DNA from: an uncultured Acidobacteriota bacterium
Lineage (GTDB): Bacteria; Acidobacteriota; Thermoanaerobaculia; Multivoradales; SZUA-115
Assembly: GCA_963805975.1 (NCBI GenBank)
Contig: CAWDVR010000003.1
Location: 160,001 to 224,000 of the forward strand
Direction: 5' to 3'
Length of the DNA stretch: 64,000 nt
The notes below the pieces were generated by a model that saw only the letters and a program-made list of their open reading frames with translations, had not been told where the DNA came from and ran no database searches. Shown here one piece after another: positions 37,104-48,364 of this stretch. Numbering within the stretch: position 1 is the stretch's first letter; each line of letters starts with the position of its first letter. The translations under genes were made by a program, and so were the position numbers.

Positions 37104-39020
37104 TACTGAGGGCGAGCCCGGTCGCGGCGTCTGGCCCTACCGCTGCGGGCGGCTTCACCGCGAACGGCTCGCTCTCCGCCACCGGCTCGGTGGCCTCGTC
37201 GACCAACAGCTCCAGCACATAGCCCTCGCCGGCCCGGTCGATGGTCAGACCGGAGAAGGTCGCCGCGCCGCGCACCAACTCGATGCGGGTACGGCCGGAG
37301 AGCTTGGCCCCGGCGGCCCCGCTGCCTGGTTTGAGCCGCAGCAGCAACTTGCCGGTTGGCGGCCTGGTACCGCCCTCGCCCGCAGGGATGTCGACTCTCA
37401 GGTCGAAGGCGACCTGGGCTGTCACGTCGTCGAGCACGTGGTCGATGATGATGCCACCTCGCTTGTACGGCCCGTAGCACTCGATCAGCTCGCAGGTCTT
37501 GCAGTCGCGGCCGGTGAAGGAGTACTTGAGGCAGAAGCTCAGGGAGTCGCCGCACCACCAGCTCCCGCCCACCGGCGGTAGCTGGAGATTCAAGCTCATC
37601 GGCGCTGCCGAGAGTGTGGTGGGAGAGCCGTAGGTGAACAGGATCTCGCGCGAGGCCGGCGACACCGGCAGCATGGAGGTGGCGGGAGGCAGCGAGCCAC
37701 TCAGGATGTAGCTGTCCCTGGAGCCCGCGGTCCCGCAGCCGCTCGAGGGCACGACCGAGGTGGAGATCAGGTCCACGGCCACCCGCGTGACCGGCATCGG
37801 GCTCGCGGTGAGCGCGGCGGTGAAGTTGGAGCCGGCGAGCTTTTCGTCCTTGACGCTGAGCTCGTTGCAACGGCAGCAGTCCGCCAGCCAGCTCGTGCAG
37901 GGCTTGACGTCGAGCACGGCTCGGGAGGTGCAGCCGTCCTGGTTCGTGGCGGTCACGGTGACGACCCCGTTCTGCTGCGGGTTGGTCCAGTTGACCTGGA
38001 CGCACTGGCCGGTCGAGCTACCGACTAGGGTGCCGTTGCTCGCCGTCCAGCTGTAGCTCACCCCGGCGGCCGCCGGGTTCACGCAGTAGGTGGCCGGCGA
38101 GTTGCAGGTCATGAGCGGCCCGTTGATCACCGGTGTCGCCGGCTTGGGCTTGATGGCGACGGGCTTGGTGATGCAGAGCGGCGCCGCCGTGCCGCCGTTG
38201 ATGCAGAGCGTCACCGCGTGGTTTCCGGAGGTGGCGAAGCTCGGAGTCGGGTTCGGTGCGGTCGAGGTCGCCGGGGTTCCGCCGCTGAACGTCCAGGAGT
38301 AGCTGCTGGCACCGGTCGAGGTGCTGGTGAACTGCACCGCCGCACCAGCGCAGGCCGGGGTGAAGGTGAAATCCGCCTTCGCACAAGTCCCCGGCTGGAA
38401 GCAGAGGTTGTCGTAACCCACCACCTCGCTCTGAGTGGGGCTGCCCCAATCGACGGGGAGGAGGAGCGCGGTGACGTTGGCGATGAGCGTGTTCCAGTTG
38501 GCGGTGCTCGGAGTCATTGTCCAGGTTCCGTTCGGGCTCGTCGGCGGGGCGGTGCCGGGGCTGGTCGGGGAGAGGGGGGCACAGAGCGTGTGCCAGCCGC
38601 TTCCCGGAAGGATGATCTGGTTGCCGACGAAGGTCGCCGTGATCGCCGGCGTGGTCGAGACCAGGCTGACCGCGCCTCCTCGCTGACTATGAGCCGGGTC
38701 GTTGGCTATCAGGTTGACGTCGAAGCAGAACTGGCCGCAGCCGAGCCTGGCGGCGAGGTTGCCCAGCAGGGGTTGGTTGGAGCGCTGAGATTGGAGGCGT
38801 AGAGATCGTCTCGCAAGCTGATGTAGCCCGCCGGGTTGCCTCCGGTCAGCGGGTAAGTTGGCGGCTGGGTATTGACGGCCGTCCACCCACCTGGGGCGCC
38901 GTTGTCGAAGTTGGTACAGGCCGAGCCGGGCTGGCCGAAGCTCGGGGTCGGGATGGCCAGGAGCAAAGCGACGAGGCCAAGGCACCAAGGCAGGGACGGC
39001 ACACGGTGTGCGGGTCGCAT
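36928..39020 (-). CDS. Secreted Cys-rich PKD/Ig-domain protein; frameshift at ~38770, true C-terminus uncertain
   Basis: Start MRPAHR (GAGGAGG RBS, signal peptide) in ORF 38709..39128; continues as LLGNL...PKD (ADFTF...YSWTFSGG) in ORF 36928..39546. The 3' end overlaps the convergent gene. Confidence 0.7.
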
Positions 39021-39158
39021 GGTTTTCCTCCTCGAGGGTCCTTCCCGGATCGCGCCCCGCAAGATGGCGGGGCGCGCAAGAAAGATCAACTGGAGGAGAA
39101 AACGGTTCGAACGGCGAAAAAACCTCACCCGCGCAATGAGACGCGACCCAGCCGCCCC

Positions 39159-39983
39159 TTACTTCTCCATCAGCACCCCATCGAACTCCGGCGAAGCCAG
39201 AAGCGCATCCACCACGCGCTCGAAGTCGCGGCGCTCGAGGTCGTCGAGGTACATGCGCCGGCCGTCGCTGTCCGGCGCGCGGCTCAGGAGGCCGCGGTAC
39301 AGGCTGTCGAGGAGCTTCGAGGGCGACAGGTCGGCGCGGTTCTCCCGGAACTCCTCGCTCCGTAGCATGCCGTCGGCCACGCGCTCGAGGTCGCCGCGTT
39401 GGATGTCGGAGACCGCCGACTTGAGACCGGCCGCATCCGGCTCGCGGCCGAGGATGCCGCGATAGAGGCGGCCGGCGATCCGCTCCGCCTGGAAGCGGGA
39501 GAGGTTGTCGCGGGAGACCCCGGTGACCTCGATATGCAGCGGCCACTCCAGGTTCAAATTGCCGGGTACCCAGAGCAGCAGGTCACAGGATCCGCGGCGG
39601 GCACCGGCGCGGATCTCGTAGCGGCCCTCGTTCTCACCCTCTTCCTCGATGGTCACGAGATCGCGGCACGAGCGGTCGGCTTCGAGGCCGTAGCGCAGAC
39701 GCTGGTCGGGGAACTCGCGCCCGTACTGGTCCCGGGCATCGAAGGCGAGCTCGAGCTCCTGGCCGGCGACGAGGCGGATCGCCTGCTCGCGCGAGACGGG
39801 CTCCAGCCGTCCGCCCCCGAGGGCGGCGAAGACGGTGACGTCGCAGACGACGGCTTTCGACCCCATGGACGGGCAGTCCTGGGCGAAGGCGGACGGGATT
39901 GCGAGCGAGGCGGGGAGCAGAATGGAAAAAGCCAGCGTCGCGGCTGGCAAGAAGTGCTGGTTTCGGCGTGCGAAGAGGGTCAT
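39159..39983 (-). CDS. Secreted protein with tandem DUF4214-like C-terminal repeats
   Basis: Signal peptide; two LYRGxLxRxPDxxG...SxEF repeats. Confidence 0.7.
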   Translation of the reverse strand: MTLFARRNQHFLPAATLAFSILLPASLAIPSAFAQDCPSMGSKAVVCDVTVFAALGGGRLEPVSREQAIRLVAGQELELAFDARDQYGREFPDQRLRYGLEADRSCRDLVTIEEEGENEGRYEIRAGARRGSCDLLLWVPGNLNLEWPLHIEVTGVSRDNLSRFQAERIAGRLYRGILGREPDAAGLKSAVSDIQRGDLERVADGMLRSEEFRENRADLSPSKLLDSLYRGLLSRAPDSDGRRMYLDDLERRDFERVVDALLASPEFDGVLMEK

Positions 39984-40153
39984 TGGACTGGCTCCTTGGC
40001 AGACATGCTCGGGATGAGTGTGTCGCCAGTGGAGGATTGCAGATCCCGTGCCGGCCGCGCAGCCGTGTGACGGGCCGGAGCCCGGCACGACGCATTCCCT
40101 AGCAGAGACCGGCGAGCAAGAGATCGCCAGTCCACTTGCGAAAGGAGTGCTCC

Positions 40154-41811
40154 ATGAGAACGAAGAGACGCTGGCTTTGGATGCTGATACTGCTGGTGCT
40201 GGCGGGGACGGCGGAGCGGACGCGCGCCGTGCCGACGGTGCCGATCGCGGTCGATCCCACCAATCCCCAGTATTTCCTCTACGACGGCCAGACGATCGCC
40301 CTGGTCGGGGCGTCGGCCGAGTTCCTCTGCCACGTCTGGCAGCCGAACCAGGACCCGTTCTACTGCACCTATGGCACCTATCCGGGCTACATCGACGCCC
40401 TGGTCGGACGCCACCTCAACAAGCTGCAGCTCTGGATCGGCCTCAACCACAGCCCCGGCAAGGCCCTCTCGGGCACCGGCAACCCCTACGACCAGGAGCA
40501 GCCGTTCCGCCTCCTGGCCTCCGGCAAGTGGGACCTGAACCAGCACGCCGAGCGGCCCACGCCCAGCGACCCCAAGGAGTTCTTCGAGCGGCTGGAGGAC
40601 GTGGTGGCCTATGCGCCGCCGCCCGCAACGTGATCGTGGAGATCGTCTTCTTCGATCCCTGGAGCGGCGACTGGAACCTGGGGCCTTGGAAATCGACCCA
40701 GAACGTCAACACCATCGGTTTCTCGCTGCGCAAGTTCTTCGTCAGCTTCGACAACGGCAGCGGCGACCTGGCGGGCGGCGTCAACCAGACTGCCCGCATC
40801 GAGCAGGTCGAGATGATGAAGAAGGTGGTCGCGAGGCTGAACGGCTACAAGAACGTCTACTGGCAGATCGCCAACGAGCCGGAGATCAACTCCGCCAACG
40901 GGGTGACCGGCGCCCAGGCCATCACCTGGCACCGCTCGATGATCCAGCAGCTCTACTGCTACGAGGACACGCTGCCGGGCGGCCATCACCTGATCGGCGT
41001 CAACTACCACACCGGGACGGCGCTGGCGAGCGTCCCCAACGCTTTCTCGCCCTGCGCCACGGGCCCGGTGCCGAGGATCGACATCGTCAACGGGCACTAC
41101 GTGGAGCTCAACGACACCAGCCGCCATGCCGCCATCCGCATGATCCGCAATTACCATCTCGGCCCCCTGGGATCGCTCAACCGGATCTTCGGCTTCAACG
41201 AGGGCCGCTGGTCGGGACAGGCCGGCATCGGCGGCATCACCGGTGAGGCGGCGCGCGCCGAGGCCTGGGAGTTCATGCTCAACGAGGGCGGCGTCTACGA
41301 CCGCTACGACCTCAACAAGGGCTCAGCCCGTTCGCTCGACGCACGCCGTTACCTGCAATACCTCGCCGACTTCCTCAAGGGCTTCGACCTGCGCTTCATG
41401 ACCCGCGCCAACACCAGCCCGCCACCCTGGGCGCAGGGCGTGGCCGCGTATCCCCCGGACCCGCTCGGCACTGCCTGCCGTACCAGCGCCTGCACCTTCT
41501 CCGCCGCCATGCACTGGACGCGGAACCAGTACGCCCTCTACATCCACCACAGCAAGATCCTGAACGGCGCGGGCGATCCCAACTTCCGTGCCTACGAGCC
41601 GGTGTTCGACACCACGCCGCCTACTTACCAGGAGAACCTGCAGCTCGCCCTGGGCAACCAGGTGGCGACCTTCGTCGCCGAGTGGGTCGACCCGGCGACG
41701 GGCGGCACGATCGGCGCGCCGGTCACCATCAACTGGCCCGGCAGCGGCACTTTCCCGCTGACCTCGCCGCAGTACTCGTTCGACATCGCGCTCCGCATCA
41801 AGAGGCAGTAG
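40154..41811 (+). CDS. Secreted glycoside-hydrolase-like (clan GH-A/DUF6298-like) protein; frameshift at ~40614
   Basis: Signal peptide and NPQYFLYDG in ORF 40136..40633; continues NVIVEIVFFD, WQIANEP, FNE, AEWVDPATG in ORF 40018..41811. Confidence 0.7.
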
Positions 41812-41818
41812 CTTCTAC

Positions 41819-41850
41819 GCGGCCGGCGCCCGACCGGGCCGGCCGCTTTT
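41819..41850 (+). terminator. Rho-independent terminator between convergent genes
   Basis: gcggccggc...gccggccgc stem followed by TTTT. Confidence 0.65.
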
Positions 41851-41857
41851 CCGCGGC

Positions 41858-44095
41858 TCATCCCACCCCGAAGGCCGCTCTCACCTCGGCGAGCGCCCGG
41901 CCGTTGCCGGGCTCGGACCAGGCGGCGAGGATCGCCTCCTTTTCCTGTCGGGTCAGCTTCCAGGAGAGCGGCGCCTCCTTCTCCAGCACGAAGTCGACGC
42001 TCTGCGGCGTGATGCCGAGCTTGGCGGTGAGCTGCTCCATCATCAGCCCGACCTCGGTCGCGTTGCGGCCGCTCTGCGACGGGCCCATGACGTTGAGCAG
42101 CGTGATCACCGGCCCTACCGTGGCGTAGAGCCAGCCGCGGTCCTCGTCGGGGTCGGGGTCGGGCTCGCGGGGCGGGAAGGCTCGGATCTGTACCAGCAGA
42201 AGGCCGCGGCGCTTGATCTCGTCGAGGTCGCGCTCGGCGAGCGAGCTCAGCCAGTGGATGATGGTCGTGATGCCGAAGTTGTCGTAGTAGCCGCCGTCCG
42301 CGAAGTGGTAGGCGGGGGACACGGCCTCCCCTCGTGCCCCCAGGGCGCGGGCGATCGGGCTCACCCAGGGGAAGGTCGCCGACAGGCGGGCGGCGGTCGA
42401 GACCGGCAGGTCGTGCCCGGGGAAGGTGTCGAAAAAGGAGGCCCCGCCACCGGACTTCGGCAGGTCGAGTCCGGTGAGCCAGAAGGGTCTGCCCGCTTCG
42501 ACTGTCGTCGAGTTGAGGACCGCCGCCGGCAGCCAGCCTTCCCGGATGCTCTGCTGCCAACCGGTGAGCGTGGACGGCTCCACACGGCGGGCGGGGACGG
42601 CCCTCTCGAGGTGCTTGCGCCAGGCCTGCTCGAGCGCCCAGCCGCGGTCGCGGGTCTTGTCGCGCAGCAGGAAGCCGATGAACATGCGCCACAAGTCCGG
42701 GTAGGCGAGCCCCCAGGCCGCGGCGTCGAGGCTGGGCTGGGCGGCGGCGTCGACGATCGCCTCGAGCTCGCCCGCCGGCGGGAATCCGGCGCGGATGAAG
42801 CGGTCGAGGAAGAACATGGTGCCCACGCTGCCGCCGGAGGCGGAGCTGATGAGGCGGATGGAGCGCGTGAAGTCGGTTCCCACCTCGGCCTGGAGCGCGG
42901 TGAGCACGCGCGTGGTCCACACCGCGGCCGTGATGCCGCCGCCGCTCGCCGCCACCACCACCACCGGCCGCCGCCTGGCGTCTTGCACGTTCTCGGCGGC
43001 CTGGAACGCTTCGGTAGGCGCCGGAGCCGCGGCGCCCGGGAGGCTCGCCGTGGCGGCGGAGGTGAGAGCCGGCGGCTGCGCCGGCCGCTCACGCGGCGGC
43101 GCGCAGAGGCGAAAGTAGTGATCGGTCCTGAACAGCCAGCTCGACAGGAACGACAGCCCCACGAGCGGCAACAAGGTCGGTACCCGGAAGCGGTCGAGGA
43201 AGAAGGAGGCCCCGGGGAGCGCCCACGCCAGGAGGATGAGGATCAGCAGCATGTTGGCGAGCGCCGGCACGCCGGGGTTGCCCACCCGCACCAGCCGGGC
43301 GTGCGAGACGAAATAGCCCACCCCGTAGAGCAGCAGCGTCAGGCCAACGAAGTTGAGGCCCAGGGAGTGCCCGGCGTAGAGCTTCCGCTGCCATGGATCG
43401 ACGTAGCCCTCCCACACGCTGTCGGGGAGGGCCAGGAGCCGGGGGGCGATCCGGTCGAGCAGACCCTTCTCCGCCCCCTTGCCGGGGATGGCGAACTGGG
43501 TGATCGCGGCCAGCTTGCAGTTCTGCTTGGGCAGCAGCAGCTCCACGTCCTCCGGTGCCGGGCTGCCGAAGCGGATGGCGATCAGCGAGGAGACGTAGAG
43601 GACGGCAAAGGCGGCGGCGAGGCCGAGGGCCACGCCGCCGGCATAGCGCCCGGCGCGCGCGTAGGCCCTCTCCTCCTCGGGCGCGCCCTCGGTGAGCGAC
43701 ACCTTGAGCACCGAGGCGATCAACGGTACGGCGAGCAGCACGGCGGCGACGAAGCGGTAGCAGGCGACCCACTCGGGCACCACGATCGGCGGGGCGGCGA
43801 AGCGACTCTGGGCGTGGCGCAGGATGAGCTCGCAGGTGATCACCACGGCGCCGCTCGCCAGCAGGGCGAGCAGGGTCACGACGATGGTGCCGCGCCAGGA
43901 GAGGGCGAAGAGGTTCTTGAACAGCGACGGCACCACCCAGAGTGACAAGGGCCCCAGGCTCAGGAGCACCAGGGCCATCAGCAGGGGGTAGCGGGCGAAG
44001 AAGAGGTACTGGAGGAGCGGCCAGCGCTGCTGCCCGGCGAGGAGCAGGCCCAGCGCGACCACGAGACCGAAGACGATGACCAGCTTGGTGCGCAA
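41858..44095 (-). CDS. Multi-TM membrane protein with patatin-like phospholipase domain
   Basis: AASGGGITAA, ISSASGGS, SATFPWVSP, DGGYYDN; N-terminal TM helices. Confidence 0.85.
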   Translation of the reverse strand: MRTKLVIVFGLVVALGLLLAGQQRWPLLQYLFFARYPLLMALVLLSLGPLSLWVVPSLFKNLFALSWRGTIVVTLLALLASGAVVITCELILRHAQSRFAAPPIVVPEWVACYRFVAAVLLAVPLIASVLKVSLTEGAPEEERAYARAGRYAGGVALGLAAAFAVLYVSSLIAIRFGSPAPEDVELLLPKQNCKLAAITQFAIPGKGAEKGLLDRIAPRLLALPDSVWEGYVDPWQRKLYAGHSLGLNFVGLTLLLYGVGYFVSHARLVRVGNPGVPALANMLLILILLAWALPGASFFLDRFRVPTLLPLVGLSFLSSWLFRTDHYFRLCAPPRERPAQPPALTSAATASLPGAAAPAPTEAFQAAENVQDARRRPVVVVAASGGGITAAVWTTRVLTALQAEVGTDFTRSIRLISSASGGSVGTMFFLDRFIRAGFPPAGELEAIVDAAAQPSLDAAAWGLAYPDLWRMFIGFLLRDKTRDRGWALEQAWRKHLERAVPARRVEPSTLTGWQQSIREGWLPAAVLNSTTVEAGRPFWLTGLDLPKSGGGASFFDTFPGHDLPVSTAARLSATFPWVSPIARALGARGEAVSPAYHFADGGYYDNFGITTIIHWLSSLAERDLDEIKRRGLLLVQIRAFPPREPDPDPDEDRGWLYATVGPVITLLNVMGPSQSGRNATEVGLMMEQLTAKLGITPQSVDFVLEKEAPLSWKLTRQEKEAILAAWSEPGNGRALAEVRAAFGVG

Positions 44096-44154
44096 CGGCG
44101 CCGAGTTTGGCTGCGCTCGGCGCCGTGCGTCAAGCTATGGCGCGCCCTCGCGGT

Positions 44155-47100
44155 TCAGTTGTTCTGCGCGCCGTCGTCGATCCACTGGACGATGTCGCCT
44201 TGGTCGTCGCCGCTCATGCCGCCGGCGGGCGGCGGCATCGGGTCGCCGCAGTCCACGCCGCCCGGGTTCGGCAGGTCGGAGCAAGGCAGGCCGCCCAGGT
44301 TCCCTGCCACTTTGTTGACCAGATAGCTCTGGCCCGAGTTGCCGGCCACGATGCGCTTGCGGTTGTTGAGCAGCTCCTGCGCGTTGATGCCCACCGTGGT
44401 CCCGTGCGTGTTGCCCGCCGAGAGGTCCATGTTGATCTGGGTGAAGTTCGGCGGGTTGGAGTGGCAGCCGGAGCAGCCGTTGTTGTCCAGGATCACCTGC
44501 ACGTCGCCGAGCGTCACCGGCGGCTCGAGCAGGTCGTCGTCGGGATCAGCCGGCGGCGCGCAGAGGCCACCGAGCGACACGACCTGGCCTTCCGCGGCGA
44601 GGGCAGGCTCCACCACACCGTCGAGGAACGTCTTGAAGCGCGCCGGCTGGAAGGGGAAGATTGCCGGCTGGCCGACGTCGAAGCTCCCCCAGAAGCGGTT
44701 GTAGGTGGCGAAGGCGTGCGGCATCACGCGCTGCGCGCAGACCCGCGTGTTGGCCAGGGTCGCGATGCCGCCCTCGTCGGTGCGCGTGAGCCAGGGAGTG
44801 GCCTGGTGCATGCGGATGTCCTTGACGTGGCCGAGGCCGTCGTCCTCGAGCGGACGCGAGGAGTGGCAGACGCGGCACGCCGGCTTGACGACGTTCAAAT
44901 ACATGTCGCGATGGGCGTCGTTGAGGTTCCAGCCGGGAACGACGACGTTCTCGTCCTGGAGATCCGGGTCGGCGTCGTACCACTCGGTGATCAGCTCCTC
45001 GGTCACCTCGCCGGGCTCGGTGTCGACCACCATCTCGTTCAGCTCCGCGAACTCGAGCTGTTGGTCTCCCTTGGTGAAGTCGGCCGCCACGCCGCCGCCG
45101 GTGAGCACGTAGCCGTGGAGGTCGAAGGGCAGCATCACCGAGCCGAGCTTGACGTTCTCGTTGAGATCCGCGTCGCCGTCGTTGTCCTCGAAGCCCGGCA
45201 CGCCGAGGGTCGGCCCTGCGGGGTAAATGCCGCCGTGGCAGACCATGCAGAGCTGCGGGATCGGCCGCTGGCCGCGGTTGTCGAGGTCGGCGAAGAAGAG
45301 GGGCTGGCCGTCCTTGCCGTAGACGTAGAACTTGATCACCCGCTGGTTGTCGGTGAACGTGACAGGCGCGTTGGGGTCGTTGGGGTCGGCGCCGGCGTCG
45401 GGGTCGAAGGCATTGAAGGGCACGGCCGGCGGGTCCTCGATGCGCGACCACTCCATGGCCACCGTGGCCACCAGTTCGTTGACGTCCTGCTCGGCCGCGT
45501 CCTCGAAGTCGCCCTCGTCGCCGGTGTCGTACTTTCCGTAGTTGGAGACGTAGAAGGCGATGTCGAACTGGCCGTCGGAGGCCAGCGTGCGCTTGCCGTG
45601 CATGTCGCGGCCGAAGCCTAAGTCCACGGCGTTGGCGTAGGCGGCCCGCACCTCGTCCTCGGCACCGTAGTTGTTCTGCACCGGCAGGTTGCCCTCCGGG
45701 TCGAAGTCGTTGGTCTCCTTGAACTGGGTGAAGTCGCGGCGCAGGCCGCGGGGGTCGATGGCGCCGTAGTAGTCGATCGTCGCCTGCACCAGCGGCTGGT
45801 CGAGGTCGACGTCCGCGGCCAGCTCGCCGAGGTTGGTGGCGAAGAACGAGTACAGGCCGTGCAGGAAAGCGTCCTCGCCAGGCACCGGCGCCTCCACCTC
45901 GCGCAGCACCACCTTGGCCTCGCACTCGAAGTAGTTGGGCGCCGTCGGCGTGCCGGTCTGCGCCCCGCCGGTGTTGACCGTGAAGACGCCGTAGGGGATG
46001 CCGCCGCCGGGCTGCGGCTGGTAGGCGGTCAAGGTGATCTCGGTGTCGTTGGGCAGGTTGACGATCGCCCAGTACTCGTCGTTGGCCGGGATCTGCTCGT
46101 CGCGCACCCGCGGCGCCTGGCCGGCGCCGAGCGGCACCACCACCTCGACGCGGAACGGCACGGGCAGGCCCTCGCTCTTGAAGCGCACGCAGGACTGGCC
46201 CTGCTTGAGCACGTCGGTGTTGATGGTCGAGAAGTGCTTCACGTCCGCCTCGTAGAAGCGGCCCGTGGCATCGAGCTGGAGCGTGCCCTCGGCCTTCCAC
46301 ACCCCGGAGCTCGGCACGTACACCAGGCGCGGGATGGAGGGCGGGATCACGCCGCCGGCCGCGAGCTGCACGTCGGCCACCGGAATGCGCAGCCTGGCCG
46401 TGGCGCCGGGCCTCATGTTGTAGCTCTTGCCGCCGGCTGCGATGTCGACCGAGCCGGCGCCGTAGCTGATCATCCACTGCGGCGTGCTGGAGCCGTCGGT
46501 GGCGGAATAGTCGCCGGGCATCGAGTCCGGGTCGAGGAGGTCCACGGTGCCCACCGCCACCTCGACGTTGGTTCCGGGGGGCGGCGGGTTGCCGTTCTGG
46601 TCGACCAGCGAGTTGGCGGGGATCACGACCTCGGTGCCCGGGCCGCACTCGCGGCGCCGGCGCTGCTCGAGCACCTGGCGGGGTAGGGGCGGGCGCGGGT
46701 TCTCCTTGCCGATCCCGACGATGTTGCCCTTGCCGTCCTGCACGCGCGGCCGCTGGCGCTGGCCGAAGATCTTCCAATCGATCTCGGCGCTCGCCGGGAT
46801 AGCGCAGCCGGCCCGCTTGCGCGAGTCGTCCCGCACGCGGATGTCGAGCGTCGGGTTGGCGCTCGTCACGGTCACCGGGCCCATGGTCCAGCGCCCGGCG
46901 GAGATCCCGGAGCGGTAGACGTGCGAGACCAGGGCGAACCCCCACTTGGTGAGGTTCAGCACATAGCGCTCCCGCGGCTCGACCGCGAGCTTGAAGTAGC
47001 CCCGCGCGTCGGTCTTGGTGGCCTTGCCGTTGATCTCGACGCGCACCGCGCCGAGCGGGCTGCCGGCGCGGTCGGCCACACGGCCGGAGAAGGAGGTCGA

Positions 47101-48195
47101 GTCCTGGCCCACGTTGAGGGTCAGCTTGGTCTTGTCGTAGCCGCCCTTGCCGTCGGAAGCCACGGCGTAGACGGTGTAGGCGCCGGGGGTCGCCGGCAGC
47201 TCCCAAGCCACGGCCGGGCCGGTGGCGGAGGAGAGGCTGCCGGCGCCGCCCTCGAGCGTCCACGAGATCTCGACGGGATCGCCGTCCGGGTCGGGAGCGT
47301 CGATCGAGAGATTCACGATCTCGCCGGGACCGGGCGTCAGCGTGTCGACCCCGGCGACCGAAGAAACCAAGTCGCCGATCACCGGCGCGCGGTTGCGCAT
47401 CTCGATGTCGACCCGGTGGTGGGCGCGGGTGGCGAGCCGGCGGCCGTGGATGCCGCGCTCGGTGCGCCCGTTCTCGATCACCGCCGCGAGCTTGAACAGG
47501 GCTTTCGAGTCGACGCCCACGGCGGGGACGATGTACTCGCCGAAGTTATTGACCGGCACGCGGTCGAAGGTGCGCCCGCCGCCGTCGATCGCCTCGACGA
47601 CGGCGAAGCGGTTCAGATCGGCCATCGGCTCGAAGAGGCGGGTGACGTCGCCGTCGCGCCGCTGCACCTCGCCCCACACCGACACCCGGCGCTTGCCGTC
47701 GATGTCGGGGCGGATGGGGAGGGTGCCGACATTGATCGGCCGCGACAGGGCGATGATGGGCTTCGCGAGGCACTCGGACCGGAACCCCGTCCGCTGCCAG
47801 CAGAGCTTGTATTTGCCTGCCTTCTGCGGCCCGAAGTTGAAGCGGCCGGAGAGATCGGTCTCCACCGTCCCGAGCTTCTTGCCACCGGTGGTGACCAGCG
47901 TCACCTTGATGCCGGGCACGAAGATCTCTCGGCTGGGCAGGGCGACCGCCGACGGCGTCGTATCCTGGCCGCCGCCGACACGCGCCGCGAGGTAGCCGCG
48001 GACGTATTTCGCGCCCTGCGGGCGGAGTGCCGGCCCAGCCGGCCTCCCCGGCGGCTGGCCCCCGAGCGGCCCTTGGCCAGAGACCAGGGCGGCGAACAAG
48101 AGCGCGGTGCCGATGCCGGCCGCCCAAGCGCCGGCCTTCAGGGACACTCTGGTCAGGGTAGAGAACCGGCGCGGACGGGGGGCGGAAGGGCGCAT
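44155..48195 (-). CDS. Large secreted protein: carboxypeptidase-regulatory/Ig-like domains plus C-terminal tri-heme cytochrome c region
   Basis: 1346 aa; CMVCH, CRVCH, CSGCH heme motifs; DPDGDP Ig-like repeat; GGAGG RBS. Confidence 0.8.
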   Translation of the reverse strand: MRPSAPRPRRFSTLTRVSLKAGAWAAGIGTALLFAALVSGQGPLGGQPPGRPAGPALRPQGAKYVRGYLAARVGGGQDTTPSAVALPSREIFVPGIKVTLVTTGGKKLGTVETDLSGRFNFGPQKAGKYKLCWQRTGFRSECLAKPIIALSRPINVGTLPIRPDIDGKRRVSVWGEVQRRDGDVTRLFEPMADLNRFAVVEAIDGGGRTFDRVPVNNFGEYIVPAVGVDSKALFKLAAVIENGRTERGIHGRRLATRAHHRVDIEMRNRAPVIGDLVSSVAGVDTLTPGPGEIVNLSIDAPDPDGDPVEISWTLEGGAGSLSSATGPAVAWELPATPGAYTVYAVASDGKGGYDKTKLTLNVGQDSTSFSGRVADRAGSPLGAVRVEINGKATKTDARGYFKLAVEPRERYVLNLTKWGFALVSHVYRSGISAGRWTMGPVTVTSANPTLDIRVRDDSRKRAGCAIPASAEIDWKIFGQRQRPRVQDGKGNIVGIGKENPRPPLPRQVLEQRRRRECGPGTEVVIPANSLVDQNGNPPPPGTNVEVAVGTVDLLDPDSMPGDYSATDGSSTPQWMISYGAGSVDIAAGGKSYNMRPGATARLRIPVADVQLAAGGVIPPSIPRLVYVPSSGVWKAEGTLQLDATGRFYEADVKHFSTINTDVLKQGQSCVRFKSEGLPVPFRVEVVVPLGAGQAPRVRDEQIPANDEYWAIVNLPNDTEITLTAYQPQPGGGIPYGVFTVNTGGAQTGTPTAPNYFECEAKVVLREVEAPVPGEDAFLHGLYSFFATNLGELAADVDLDQPLVQATIDYYGAIDPRGLRRDFTQFKETNDFDPEGNLPVQNNYGAEDEVRAAYANAVDLGFGRDMHGKRTLASDGQFDIAFYVSNYGKYDTGDEGDFEDAAEQDVNELVATVAMEWSRIEDPPAVPFNAFDPDAGADPNDPNAPVTFTDNQRVIKFYVYGKDGQPLFFADLDNRGQRPIPQLCMVCHGGIYPAGPTLGVPGFEDNDGDADLNENVKLGSVMLPFDLHGYVLTGGGVAADFTKGDQQLEFAELNEMVVDTEPGEVTEELITEWYDADPDLQDENVVVPGWNLNDAHRDMYLNVVKPACRVCHSSRPLEDDGLGHVKDIRMHQATPWLTRTDEGGIATLANTRVCAQRVMPHAFATYNRFWGSFDVGQPAIFPFQPARFKTFLDGVVEPALAAEGQVVSLGGLCAPPADPDDDLLEPPVTLGDVQVILDNNGCSGCHSNPPNFTQINMDLSAGNTHGTTVGINAQELLNNRKRIVAGNSGQSYLVNKVAGNLGGLPCSDLPNPGGVDCGDPMPPPAGGMSGDDQGDIVQWIDDGAQNN

Positions 48196-48364
48196 GATCT
48201 GCCTCCGTTGGTGGAGCCATCGCGGCAGTCCACGGCGGGCCGATGGGCTGCCTCACGGCAGTGTGGTCTGGAGAGCTTTGGCGCCAGGCGGAGAGCTTTC
48301 GTTACCGGCGCCGTCGTCGCGCTACGATCCAGGGGCGATCACAGACCTGTACGCGGAGGCTCTC

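Noticed and set aside
40625-40640. TGA ending ORF 40136..40633 as a second selenocysteine codon
   Set aside because: The homologous sequence continues in a different frame, so this is a frameshift. There is no redox motif context.
48107-48364. ORF 48107..48532 as a full gene
   Set aside because: Its 5' part overlaps the start of the opposite-strand cytochrome gene. Only the segment from 48365 looks protein-like.
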